This document shows, piece after piece, positions 21,104-31,629 of a DNA stretch of 64,000 nt. Each line of letters begins with the position of its first letter. Position 1 is the stretch's first letter. Under the pieces are notes generated by a model that worked only from the letters and a program-made list of their open reading frames with translations, searched no databases and had not been told where the DNA came from. Both the position numbers and the translations under genes were made by a program. The DNA is taken from contig CAYZGU010000007.1 of assembly GCA_964478165.1 (NCBI GenBank), positions 33,290-97,289 on the forward strand. The letters are read 5' to 3'. The DNA comes from an uncultured bacterium (lineage in GTDB: Bacteria > Poribacteria > WGA-4E > JAJDTR01).

Positions 21104-22204
21104 TTAGCTGACTTCAACCGGCTTGCCTAAACGTCCTGAATCGATAGCTGCTTGAACAGTCGCACAGATGGCGCGCCCCGCCCGGGCATTGAGGATGGTG
21201 TCAGATCCCGTGTCGATTGCCTTAGCGAAGTTTTCGGCAAGGTGGTAGTTATTGTCATCGGCGATTCGCAGATGGGGATATTCGTTTGCCTCTTGGCCTC
21301 GATAATAGATGCTCACTTCAGGACGAGCTTCATTAATGACGAGCGCGCCTTCTGATCCGAGTACGTGGATTTTAATCTCCCCAATATCGGGATGACTCGC
21401 TGCGCCTATGCGACCAATGCAGAGCGTTCCAACGACGCCCTCCTCCATTTCAAGTGTCACGGTTGCAAGATCTTCGACGTTGCTGTCAACACACGCTTGA
21501 TGAAAGTGGGCTGAGGTACGAGCGAACACCCTCTGAACATCAATTCCAGTTAGCATCCGTATGTAGCCAAGGGGATAAATTCCTTCGATTTTAAGCTCAC
21601 CCATTGGATCGTGACCTACTCCGCCGTCAGATCCGTCTGAATGTGCTTCAATCTGCCGTTGCAACCAGTTGATTGGTTTGGTTTGGGGTTTGGCCGTGGT
21701 CTTTGGTGGTCCGGCATCCTTAGCGAAATAGAAATCTACGTGGATGGCATATGGGTGGCCGATTTTTCCACTTTCCAGTGCTTGGCGAGCTTGGACTAAA
21801 GCCGGCAGATAATTTCGGTTCCAGAGCAAGAATCTTACGCCGTTCCGTTCTACAGCCTCTACCACCCGGTCACATTCGGAAACTCGATTTGACATTGGCT
21901 TGTCTTGCACAATGTGTAATCCTGCATTAGCAGCTCGAGTGCTCAAGTCGCAATGGCGCTCTGCTTCCGAACTCACGACGGCTACCTGGACGTTGAAATC
22001 TGACAAGGCGCGTTCAACATCACGAACATACGGGATATTGTATTCGCGGGCAAATTTCTCGTTTCGCTCATGCACCCAATCGGGTTGGTCCGCATCGTCA
22101 GCGACGACTGCCGGTTCAAAACGGGGATGTGCCGCCATTGCCACTGGCACGTAGGCATGCTTGACGACGCTTAGGGCAACAAATCGAAAACTAGCCGACT
22201 TCAT
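21104..22204 (-). CDS. Gfo/Idh/MocA-like protein with a degenerate dinucleotide-binding motif
   Basis: Family-like core (VQDKPMS, C-terminal domain) but the N-terminus FRFVALSVVKHAYVP lacks GxGxxG. ATG 22204 follows GGAGGTG. It overlaps the upstream gene by 14 nt. Confidence 0.65.
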   Translation of the reverse strand: MKSASFRFVALSVVKHAYVPVAMAAHPRFEPAVVADDADQPDWVHERNEKFAREYNIPYVRDVERALSDFNVQVAVVSSEAERHCDLSTRAANAGLHIVQDKPMSNRVSECDRVVEAVERNGVRFLLWNRNYLPALVQARQALESGKIGHPYAIHVDFYFAKDAGPPKTTAKPQTKPINWLQRQIEAHSDGSDGGVGHDPMGELKIEGIYPLGYIRMLTGIDVQRVFARTSAHFHQACVDSNVEDLATVTLEMEEGVVGTLCIGRIGAASHPDIGEIKIHVLGSEGALVINEARPEVSIYYRGQEANEYPHLRIADDNNYHLAENFAKAIDTGSDTILNARAGRAICATVQAAIDSGRLGKPVEVS

Positions 22205-23150
22205 AAGCACCTCCGATTAATCGTAAAGCCTGTTGGGACTGGAGTGAAGCCACTGCGGCTTCAGCCACTTGGAGAGCCGCCCTACTATCAGCACCGCTAG
22301 CAGATGGTTCTCGTCCTTCCTCAATCGCTGTCACAAATTCTTGAAGCTGAGCAGTTATGGCAGAGTTTCCTTGACCTGCTTCAATGGCGTTTGGATTACC
22401 TCCTTGAAATAGAAGGTTGCGATTGTGATGATCGTCTGCATAGGCAGCACCCGTGGATCCAATCATTGACAGCGAGAAGTACCCGTCCCCCTTAGGGAGG
22501 GTTTGTGCATCATCCAGCAAGGCCATTCCTCCGTGGGGAAATCCAAGGTGGACTTGGACGTAACCGGGACGGCTCACTGCATAGACGTTAGTCGCCATCC
22601 CACCAAACAGCCACATTGCAACATCAATGCTATGGACTGTGTGTAGCATTATTATTTCATTGGCGTTATTCTGATTCGTGCATGCGCTCCAGTTGTGGAT
22701 TCGAAGTAGGCCAGGTTCTCCTAATTGTTGGTCAGTTAGCGCAGCTTTTACTGCTTGTTGAGACGGCATGAATCGCAATGGGTTGCCGGCCATAAGTCGT
22801 ACATCCACGGATTGACAAGCGCTAATCACGGTCGACGCGCTTTGGACGGAGGGTGCAAGCATTGATGCCACCAAAACATGCTTTCCCGTTTCGGCAGCTT
22901 TTATGGCCAGCCGTGTTCGGGAATCATTGTGCTCCAGGATTAAGACAGCATCGAACTCGTCTATATGATGATTTATCAAGTCATCAAGTGAATTTGCCGT
23001 AATCGATGCACTCAGTGTGTCCGCAATGCGATGTGCAATCTGGGAATCAGCATGGACTACGGCGGCAAAATCCACACTAGACAAACGTGACATCACTGTG
23101 CTATACAAAGCGGCATGTTCTTCACCGCCAATAAAGGCTAACTTGGTCAT
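22191..23150 (-). CDS. Gfo/Idh/MocA-like oxidoreductase
   Basis: N-terminus LAFIGGEEHAALY (partial Rossmann motif) and family-like spacing of the remaining domains. Co-directional with, and overlapping, the downstream paralogue. Confidence 0.65.
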   Translation of the reverse strand: MTKLAFIGGEEHAALYSTVMSRLSSVDFAAVVHADSQIAHRIADTLSASITANSLDDLINHHIDEFDAVLILEHNDSRTRLAIKAAETGKHVLVASMLAPSVQSASTVISACQSVDVRLMAGNPLRFMPSQQAVKAALTDQQLGEPGLLRIHNWSACTNQNNANEIIMLHTVHSIDVAMWLFGGMATNVYAVSRPGYVQVHLGFPHGGMALLDDAQTLPKGDGYFSLSMIGSTGAAYADDHHNRNLLFQGGNPNAIEAGQGNSAITAQLQEFVTAIEEGREPSASGADSRAALQVAEAAVASLQSQQALRLIGGAYEVG

Positions 23151-24053
23151 TACGGGATTTACACCTCCGCGCTTTTGTTAAGGTTCTCCTATAGACTGAT
23201 GATGAATCTCTTTCGACGATTCCTATTGATTTCGCTTGGCATGTCTGATAGAATGGTGGTGCTGATACTATGCTTATATTGATTCGATATTGTGAGACCC
23301 CCTGACATATGGCCAGGTTGTTATGTTTGTTGAACCCATCTCCCAATCGATGGTACAGTATACCTGATGTCGGCGCGAAAATGATAGTATATTTTACGCG
23401 GGTGAAGTGCATTAAAAAGTGACTGTCAGAAGCTTGGATTGGTTTGAATCAAGGGTTGATTAACCGTTCAATGTTTGTCAGAATACCGATGTTCTCGATG
23501 CGCTATGTGTCTTGTTCAAGAGTGCTAAGGCTACTAGAGAAAAGGTTGTGGCGTGGCGAATTGGGCATACGGTATTCCAACCAAGTTGGCAATAGCCGTT
23601 TGGACTTCCATTCTAAGCGGTTCGGTGTTTTTTTATGGCAGGCTTATAACGGGTGAGAGGGGTGCTTTTCTTGGCTATCATCATGTGCGCAGTTTCTGCG
23701 CCATGTCTTGCGATTTTATCGTAATCATGAGTATGTGGACTTGGTCTGGGTGATAATAGACCAGAGAACTGTTCAGCGCTATTTGTGATTGATACCATTT
23801 GCACGGTAATGTTTAGAAAACTCTGCAGATGATTAGGTGCAGTCATCATAAATGCTGGTCAATATGTAATACAACACCATTTCGGTATAATCCCATGCAT
23901 AGATATTGTGGATTATTTTAAGATAAATGTGTGGTTGATACCACAGTTGTATTTCATCTGAAACGAACAAGATCCGAAAAGCGATTTAAGCTGAGCGAAG
24001 CTTTTCAGGGGCTTCGTTTGGTAAGAAGTCGCCGTGCGCAACAAGGGGGGAGT

Positions 24054-24848
24054 ATGACGAAAACAAGTAAGAGCCTCAGAAACAACACCGAGATGGCCAC
24101 AAGTGAATGGAGAGATTTAGAGGAGGTTGGTTATGTTCGTCTTGGCCGGGTGTTAGCAGATTCTGAGATTGACCAACTTTGTGAACGTATTGACCAAATT
24201 ATGCTTGGCGAAGTTTACTACGATGGAATGGATATGCAGCTCTGCCCTTCCGCGTCCAGCAACAAGGAGTTAATTACTATGTCAGCTGTCCACAAAGGCA
24301 GCTCTCTGAAGTATCGAAAAATTCAGGATTTAGAGATGGATCCATTGTTCCTGAGCTACATCCAGCATCCACTTTTCAGGGACATCACGCGAAAAAAGAT
24401 TGGCGGTGAAGTGGGTGTGTTTCGGTCTATGTTTTTTAACAAACCATCTGGAGGTGGGATACCGAAGAATTGGCATCAAGATGGAGGAGACTGGGACCTA
24501 AGCGTTCCCGAAGAAATAACGGTCTACACTGCCCTGGATCCGCAGACATCAAAGAATGGTTGCCTAAGAGTGATTCCGTACTCACACAAAGAATCTCCAA
24601 TTGCCTCGGTCAGTAGAGAAGCAGACATTAAGAAGTACGCCCCGGAAGAGAAGTGCATTTGCCTCGAGATGGAGAGGGGTGAAGTCATTCTTTTCAAAAA
24701 CAAATTGTTGCACTCTTCTCTCGCGAATACCACAGATTTTCCACGCCGCGCCTTGAGCGTCGCGTATATTCATGCAGATGCCTATAGCCTTACTTGCGGC
24801 AAGCGTTTTCCGCAGGTGTTCCCCAAGTATCGTAGCGTTGAGAAATGA
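24054..24848 (+). CDS. PhyH family Fe(II)/2-oxoglutarate dioxygenase
   Basis: EEVGYVRLG N-terminus, NWHQDGGDW (HxD), LLHSSLAN distal His, Arg in RRALSVAY. ATG 24054 follows AAGGGGGGAG. The GTG extension from 23931 is less likely. Confidence 0.75.
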   Translation: MTKTSKSLRNNTEMATSEWRDLEEVGYVRLGRVLADSEIDQLCERIDQIMLGEVYYDGMDMQLCPSASSNKELITMSAVHKGSSLKYRKIQDLEMDPLFLSYIQHPLFRDITRKKIGGEVGVFRSMFFNKPSGGGIPKNWHQDGGDWDLSVPEEITVYTALDPQTSKNGCLRVIPYSHKESPIASVSREADIKKYAPEEKCICLEMERGEVILFKNKLLHSSLANTTDFPRRALSVAYIHADAYSLTCGKRFPQVFPKYRSVEK

Positions 24849-25638
24849 TGGGTAGGTCGAAGCTATTCATCATTGAAAACTCCTTCCTCTCACTGCCGTC
24901 ACATAGATGGGGTACGCTGAACGTGACATTCTTTTTTAGTGCAACCACAGTTCTACATTAAGTCACGAACGTGTGGTTCAGTGGAATCGACAGGAGTCAG
25001 AGTGGGAAATACTCTGCAACCATTCATAGATTTATATTTGTCGTTCAGGAGTTTGGAAAATCCACCTGCAAGCAACTCATTTCTCAGAAAACTCGCAACC
25101 GCGTCTGTAAGGGGTTCCGGAGACTCCCGAGAAATTTTTGATTGAGTAGTGTTATACGATTCTCTGTGCCCACGTCGTATCTGGAACGTATGGGCGCTCG
25201 GCACCGTTGCAAAGCGCGAAAAACCAAGCCAATCCAGGTTGTCAGCCGATCAGCCTTGACCAAGTATGGGTGTCAACCTGAGATTCTGTGTCCGTTTGGA
25301 GAGGAGCGGACTGTCGAATGCCAAACACGCCCTTTTGATTAAGTCCCTCCGCGCAGGAGCCAGTACATGTGTTTCAATCAAACACATTAGATTTATAGGA
25401 AATTAAAGATGCTGGGATGTGAGTTGGCATTGGATTCCTTGTGAGTCGGGAGGCATAGAGCGTCAGTGACAGCTATGTTGGTTCCGGTGATGCGCGCTTT
25501 ATCATTCCTGTCGGCAGGAATTCGCGTGGTTACATTGGCAACTGGCCCAATTACGTTTCAAATGCTGTCTGAAGAATTTGGTGTGAGGCACGAGATGTGC
25601 TCCATCCTACAACCAGAGACTTAAAGGAGTTAAAGACT

Positions 25639-26403
25639 ATGGCGTTGAGCGATGAGCAGAAGCAGAAATATGAGGAAGATGGGTACCTAATCGTTCCCAA
25701 CCTGATGACGGACGAAGAGGTGGAAGCTGTTGGACAAAGAGCTGATTCGATTGCTTCGGGCCAGATTTCTGCTAAGGAGGGATGCAGAATCCAAGTGGAG
25801 CCATCTATTCAGAGGGGCGAAGTGACTGCAAAATCGCGCGTTGAGTCTATCCGAAAGTTGGGTGGGTTAGTTCGTACCGATCCCATTATGAATGCACACG
25901 GTACGAATCCGAAGGTTATAGACATCCTGGCAGACTTGATTGGACCAGACATTAAGCTGCTAGGGGATCAGTTGTTTATGAAGTCGTCTGTTCATGGTTC
26001 GCGCAAGTGCTATCATCAGGATTCGCAGTCGTGGCAACACGTTGCGCCGGACAATCACGTGAGTTGTTGGGCTGCATTAGATGATGCGACCGTCGAGAAC
26101 GGCTGTCTGTGGTTTATCCCGGGCAGCCACAAATGGGGCCTCATTGGTACAGAACGTGAACAAGAAATTGAACGACAGTCGCTTGCGCAACCGTTAGAAG
26201 ATGAGGTGCCAATTGAGTTGAAAGCGGGCGATTGTAGTTTTCATCATAGCCTTCTGCTTCATAGGAGTGGTGCCAATCGCTCGTCGAATCGCCGGCGTGG
26301 CTATGCTACCCACTATATGAGTGCGCGAACAAGGTATTTGGGCGACGGCGCCAGTCCTAATTATCTTCTTCTACGTGGCAAAGAGTTTCCAGGTTGTGTG
26401 TGA
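25639..26403 (+). CDS. PhyH family Fe(II)/2-oxoglutarate dioxygenase
   Basis: ATG after AAGGAG. YEEDGYLIV, CYHQDSQSW (HxD), LLLHRSGAN, and RRRGYATHY. Confidence 0.8.
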   Translation: MALSDEQKQKYEEDGYLIVPNLMTDEEVEAVGQRADSIASGQISAKEGCRIQVEPSIQRGEVTAKSRVESIRKLGGLVRTDPIMNAHGTNPKVIDILADLIGPDIKLLGDQLFMKSSVHGSRKCYHQDSQSWQHVAPDNHVSCWAALDDATVENGCLWFIPGSHKWGLIGTEREQEIERQSLAQPLEDEVPIELKAGDCSFHHSLLLHRSGANRSSNRRRGYATHYMSARTRYLGDGASPNYLLLRGKEFPGCV

Positions 26404-27113
26404 CGGATGTAAGCCTGTTCTGAAGGAAGTGTTTTTTCTCAATACCTCGAGTGGCGAAAGTTCTCAGTATTGCGCAATAGTGGTGCTGTGCTTATTGATG
26501 AAGCACTCTATGCGCCTTACGTTAGATTGACGTTGCACCAAAAGTGAAAACAGTCATGCTGTTTGCGTATCGTTGACGGCTGTTGGTTCCCATCAATCTC
26601 CTGCGATTCCGTTGGCAATTTCTGATTTTTATCGTGGGTTTCTAATTCTGATGATAGTCAATAAGTTTTTGCGAAGTTGTTGCGGTATGCTCAAGCGTGA
26701 AGTGTTGGTTTCTTTCATTATAATATCATGGTGTCGCCGAGAGCTTCGGATTTAGCCGCATTCGACAGCAGCTGAGATTGTCTAGATGTAGTAATGTCAG
26801 GATCGAGAGAAATATGCTGAATTCGTGTGGCAAGATTCTTCCGACCTGAGCTATGTAAAATCTTACACAGCTATAGTTCTCGCGTAAACCCCATGGTAAT
26901 GTGCCTATAGTTGCTCTTGCTTCGTAGAACTTCGTTCATCCTGTATCCATTTGCTTTGCGACTTATTGAGGTTAATTCTTGACATCGGACTAGTGAACGG
27001 GTTAAACCGGGCATTAGATTTGTCAGCCTTTCGGTTATTGTGTCGGGCTCTGTGCCCAACTGACTTCGTTTCTAGCGACGGTTAAATTCCGCAGTGCACA
27101 CCACGGAGGTTCG

Positions 27114-28547
27114 ATGATGGGCGACCGCCAGCCTGATTTGACAAAGAGCCAGTTGTTCCTTGATGATACATGGATTGAAGAGCAGTCGATGCTCACCCGC
27201 ATTTGGCACAAACCGCATCTCTATCCAGAGCCGGTCATGCGTGCGGAGGAGCCGTGGGAGGGTAGGAACCTGGCCTTCTATGGCACGGTGCTCAAGATTG
27301 GAAAGGCGTGGCGGATGTACTACACTACATCTTCGCCCGACTTTCGTGCGGCCATGTGCGTGGCCGATAGTGAAGATGGTTTGCATTGGACGCGGCCTGT
27401 TCTGGGGCGCCACGATTTCCGTGGTAGTAAAGAGAACAACATTGCAATTCCCAATTGCCGTTGTGTTTCCGTCTACTACGACTCAGAGGACGGCGATTAT
27501 CCCTTCCGCACCATGGTTCATCGTGGTCCCAGCAAAACCGGGCACCCAGTCTATGGCATGTACGAAGCGTTCAGCCAGGATGGTTACCACTGGACCGAGG
27601 GTGATGTCGTTGTTCCATATCCTCAAGCACCGCATGTGCACACATTTAAAGATGGACGCGAGGGAACAAGAGCGCTGGCCGGAACCGATGTATACTACTT
27701 GTGGAGGCAAAAGGTCAACGGCGAGTTTGTCGTGACATACAAGGAAGACTTGAGCCTCGCCCGACGTCGGGTTGGATTGTCCCGCGGTTCCGACTTTAGG
27801 AGTTTCAGCGACACGCGAATCATCCTCCAGTCAGATCTCGGCGATCCACCCGATGTACAATATCACGGTATGGTAGGCTTTCCCTACGGGGACGCCTACA
27901 TCGGTTTCGCCGAACGTTGGTTCGGAGCGCCTACCCACTTCGAAATCATGTTGGTGTGGAGTCATGATCTCGATACCTGGCATATGCCGCCGAAGCGCGA
28001 GCCCTTCATCGCTCCAACTTTCCCGTGGAATGCAGGCTGGACAACGTGCTCGACAGGTGGGCCCGTGCAAAGTGGAAACCAGCTACGGATATACTTTGGC
28101 GGTCAGAGTGGGTCGCACATTCATGTGAAGAAGGGTCCCCACAAAGTCGGTCATATCGGCCTCGCTGAAATCACTGTTGACCGTTTTGCTTCCATTACCG
28201 CAGGATACATGGACGCATGTCTGGTTACGAAGCCGATGCGTTGGCCGGGGGGAGATCTCGTCCTCAATGCCTCAACAACGAGGGAGCTCGATGCTGATCC
28301 GCGCCTTTCCGGAGGTGAGATGGGCATCGAAGTGTGGGACGCGAAAGGGGAGCCTCTGGCCGCATTTTCGGGAGATAAACGGGCTTTTTTCGAGGGAAAC
28401 CATCCTGCGCGTGGGGACGCAGAAGCTGCTGTGATGCGTTGGCCGGACGATGGGAGCATGAAGGAGCTCGCCGGGCGCGATGTGCGACTGGTCTTCTTCA
28501 TGCGAGACTCTCATCTCTATAGCTTCCGGAGCAGTGGCGTCGATTGA
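27114..28547 (+). CDS. Beta-propeller glycoside-hydrolase-like protein (GH32/43/130-type fold suspected)
   Basis: 477-aa ORF after GGAGG. N-terminal LFLDDTWIEE...PVMRAEEPWEG motif and repeated S.DG..W blade-like motifs (SEDGLHWTRP, SQDGYHWTEG). No signal peptide seen. The fold assignment is inferred. Confidence 0.5.
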   Translation: MMGDRQPDLTKSQLFLDDTWIEEQSMLTRIWHKPHLYPEPVMRAEEPWEGRNLAFYGTVLKIGKAWRMYYTTSSPDFRAAMCVADSEDGLHWTRPVLGRHDFRGSKENNIAIPNCRCVSVYYDSEDGDYPFRTMVHRGPSKTGHPVYGMYEAFSQDGYHWTEGDVVVPYPQAPHVHTFKDGREGTRALAGTDVYYLWRQKVNGEFVVTYKEDLSLARRRVGLSRGSDFRSFSDTRIILQSDLGDPPDVQYHGMVGFPYGDAYIGFAERWFGAPTHFEIMLVWSHDLDTWHMPPKREPFIAPTFPWNAGWTTCSTGGPVQSGNQLRIYFGGQSGSHIHVKKGPHKVGHIGLAEITVDRFASITAGYMDACLVTKPMRWPGGDLVLNASTTRELDADPRLSGGEMGIEVWDAKGEPLAAFSGDKRAFFEGNHPARGDAEAAVMRWPDDGSMKELAGRDVRLVFFMRDSHLYSFRSSGVD

Positions 28548-28732
28548 GTGGAGTGGTATGATGTTCGGCAGATTTCTCGACGGCGGGTCGTTAATTCCTT
28601 GGTGAGAACAGGAGGCTTACGTTTGTAATTGGTGTGCGCGGCTTCCTAAGATGCGTGTGCCTCGTTTGACTGGGTCTACTCGTCAGCGCCCTTGCTTTCC
28701 GTCTGGATGTGTTAAGTTGATTCTCCATATTT

Positions 28733-28767
28733 TGTCACGAAGGTTCAGATTAAGAATCTTCGTGACA
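28733..28767. repeat. Long inverted repeat (hairpin) in an ORF-poor region
   Basis: Arms tgtcacgaag/cttcgtgaca are a perfect 10 bp. The stem extends to about 14 bp including one G-U pair, with a 7-nt apical loop. Confidence 0.5.
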
Positions 28768-29976
28768 GCAAAACCAATGAGTATTGATATTGCGATCGAT
28801 ACAGGTGTTGATGAAGCCCATTTCTTGCGTTTTGAAAGAGGGTGCGATGAGGCACAATTTAAGCAATACAAGCGTATCGATTTGATGGCGATCGCGGAAT
28901 CCGAAGGACTATGATGTAGTACGGAAGGTGCTATTTGAGAACGAATTCCGGCACAAGATTCCTGGGCTAAACGATGTTATGCATCCTTTTGACAGTGCTA
29001 TCAAGAGAAAGAAGCGCTAACCAAGGAATGTAGTTCATTCCGTTCTTCGGTTGCAAATTGAATCTAAGGTAATCTGCCTGCAATCCAGATGCGTTCAAAT
29101 CCCACGACGGTTCATCATGATTAAGCTGTGGACGTAACGGATCTCGTTCCAAATTTCCTTTATAGCGCTTTAAAGTAGTACCGAGTTCTTCGACCATCGT
29201 TGAGCGAAAAGCAGGTTCCGCGGTGATGAATGGCGCTACTGGGCGTTTAGCTGCACAATCAGAGGACTTCAGCAAAAAATCGGAACCGACTAGAATAGTA
29301 GTAGCGGTCCAGAAGTTCCTACTGCGAGCTCCTGTGGAGAATAAATGCGCATGTTTATGAGAGATGAGTAGAACTCACGCGTTAAAGAACATTCGGTTCG
29401 GAGCATATGGAATTGGATGTAGAAAATCGTTTCCGTGGAACGGCATCTACTGGTGGACATCAAGCCAATAGTGTAAGGTCGCGTCCGGAATACTGTTACA
29501 ACAGTGAATGCTTGAATTCTTCAGTAGTTGTTCGCGACACTTCAATTGCATGTACAAGTTGTTCATCGGTGTAAACCGCATGTTCTGGCGATGTATCTAT
29601 CTTAAGTTAGGTGTTGGGTATGAGCTAAGTCCTGCGTAGGCTATATTCCTAATTGAAGTTAGCTTAATTAGAAACTCGCGTTCAGTAAACGGAGGATTTT
29701 ACAATGGAATTTGTAGGCAGGACATACTCCATCTTTGGCGTGGTGTCACTGTTCCTTTAGAATAGGAGGTGGTCAGGAATTCGTTAGGCAACACGTGACT
29801 GACTGTCAACAGCGTGGTTTTCTGTTAGTGTTTAAGTTGATGCGCCTGTGTAGAGAAGGGTTTTTGAGAGAGGAGTTCTGAATCAACACTGGTTGTCATT
29901 CTCGTTGTGGCACAAAACTCACGGAAGAAATTACATGTGATAACAAGCCTGTTTTTGAGCCAGGTTAAACGAGCTC

Positions 29977-30005
29977 TTGACTTTCGAAGCAGCGTCTGAT
30001 ACAAT
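29977..30005 (+). promoter_or_regulatory. Sigma70-type promoter for the kinase/regulator operon
   Basis: TTGACT (29977-29982), 17-nt spacer, TACAAT (30000-30005), 37 nt upstream of the kinase ATG. Confidence 0.5.
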
Positions 30006-30042
30006 ACCTGGGTAGGTTTTGTTTTCGATTTGAGGGAAGCAT

Positions 30043-31629
30043 ATGTTTCTCAGGCGTAAAAGGAATATCCCAACCAGTTATACTGCTTCAAATTTTCTGC
30101 TCACCTACTTCATCATTGGGCTTCTCATTCTTTCGCTTGCGTTTGTTTACTATACCAAACAGATTCTCCGTTTGAATCGGGATCTCAATGAGCAAGTGCC
30201 CCCGCTAGCAGATCTGGCATCTGAAATCCCCAGTATCAACGATATGAGACTAGCAAACAAGCTGACACAGATTCTTAAAGCATCCCTGTCGGCAAGTCGA
30301 CTTTCTTTCATCATCACTGATGCAGAAACGGATGAAGTTATCATTGCGCATGGAGTTCAAGAATCAATTGCGCGGAAGATTAATTCCGACAATCCAATGT
30401 CGTTGTCGCTTGTCGAAACCATGACCCTCAAAAACATTCTTGAGAGAATGAAAAAGAACACCGATGTTCCAAAAGAAATCATGTACAGTCGCGAAGACCA
30501 CGTGCTATATGCATATCTGTATTACGGTGAAGGGGATGGAACAGCAGTTCACCAGATTCCTTTTGTTCTTACGGACGTGAATGATAAACCACAAAAATGG
30601 GAAATCTGGGGAGAGTGGAGAACGGCTGAGAATGCAAATTCAGATGAGTATTCGAATGCTCAGATGCTTGTCCAAAACTCGAAAGCGCTCAATCTCTATG
30701 TACCGCTTCAAACACATCCCGACCTGCGAAAAGGATATTTTTTTTATGGGAAAACACCCTATTACGGTCTCATAGTGATGCCCGTAGTTCTCGTTCTCGT
30801 TTTTCTTACTTTTTTGGCGGTGGGGTTCTACAGTTATCGGCGGATTCAGTCTTTTGAACAGGCTGCAATCTGGGGCGGGTTGGCCAAAGAAACGGCCCAT
30901 CAATTGGGAACACCAATATCTTCTCTGATGGGTTGGACTGAACTGCTAGATGAACGCGGTCGAGGAAAATTAGATGAAGCAACTGCTGATGTGTATGCTG
31001 ATATGCAAAAAGATCTTCTTCGTTTGAGGAAGATTACCGATCGTCTTGGAACGATTGGGACTTATCCTTCGAAAACAGAAGTTGACATCAATTCCGTTAT
31101 TGACGTTGTTGTTTCATATTTTCGCAAGCGCCTTCCTAATCGCAGTAAACAGATTGAGATTCGTGTAATTCGGCAGGATCTCCCCGGTGTTTTAGCCAAT
31201 GCCGACTTATTGCAGTGGGTATTTGAGAACCTGATACGGAATTCACTCGATGCTATGAATAAACGCATTGGCCTCGTTGAAATTTCTCCTAGGTGCGACA
31301 AAGCGAAGGGGCAAATTATTGTCAATTACAGTGACAACGGGACCGGGATTGAACCGAGAAACCGTCGGAAGATTTTCCGACCGGGTATGACGACGAAAAA
31401 GCACGGCTGGGGCCTTGGTTTGACACTTTCTCGGCGAATAATCGAAGAATATCACCATGGAAAGATCCGACTGGTCAAGAGTAATTCGTCCGGTACGGTT
31501 TTCGAAGTAGCTCTGCCGCTAGAGCTACTTCGGTCTGAGGACATTGCAGGGAGAGATAAGGCAATTGCTTTGGGAGAGATCGCGGGGTTAAAAGTGGACC
31601 AGCGTGAGGATGAAGGAGTCAATGTCTAA
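30043..31629 (+). CDS. Sensor histidine kinase (two TM helices, roughly 200-aa extracytoplasmic domain)
   Basis: TM1 near residue 20 and TM2 YYGLIVMPVVLVLVFLTFLAVGF. H-box ETAHQLGTPISSLMGW, N-box NLIRNSLDA, G1 DNGTGI, G2 GWGLGL. Confidence 0.85.
   Translation: MFLRRKRNIPTSYTASNFLLTYFIIGLLILSLAFVYYTKQILRLNRDLNEQVPPLADLASEIPSINDMRLANKLTQILKASLSASRLSFIITDAETDEVIIAHGVQESIARKINSDNPMSLSLVETMTLKNILERMKKNTDVPKEIMYSREDHVLYAYLYYGEGDGTAVHQIPFVLTDVNDKPQKWEIWGEWRTAENANSDEYSNAQMLVQNSKALNLYVPLQTHPDLRKGYFFYGKTPYYGLIVMPVVLVLVFLTFLAVGFYSYRRIQSFEQAAIWGGLAKETAHQLGTPISSLMGWTELLDERGRGKLDEATADVYADMQKDLLRLRKITDRLGTIGTYPSKTEVDINSVIDVVVSYFRKRLPNRSKQIEIRVIRQDLPGVLANADLLQWVFENLIRNSLDAMNKRIGLVEISPRCDKAKGQIIVNYSDNGTGIEPRNRRKIFRPGMTTKKHGWGLGLTLSRRIIEEYHHGKIRLVKSNSSGTVFEVALPLELLRSEDIAGRDKAIALGEIAGLKVDQREDEGVNV

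Noticed and set aside
27160-27735. 191-aa plus-strand ORF and several other long ORFs (27831-28070, 28151-28501, 28272-28514) inside the hydrolase-like gene.
   Set aside because: They are alternative-frame shadows typical of GC-rich coding DNA. They are Arg/Ser/Pro-rich with no SD, and the 27114 frame carries the recognisable motifs.
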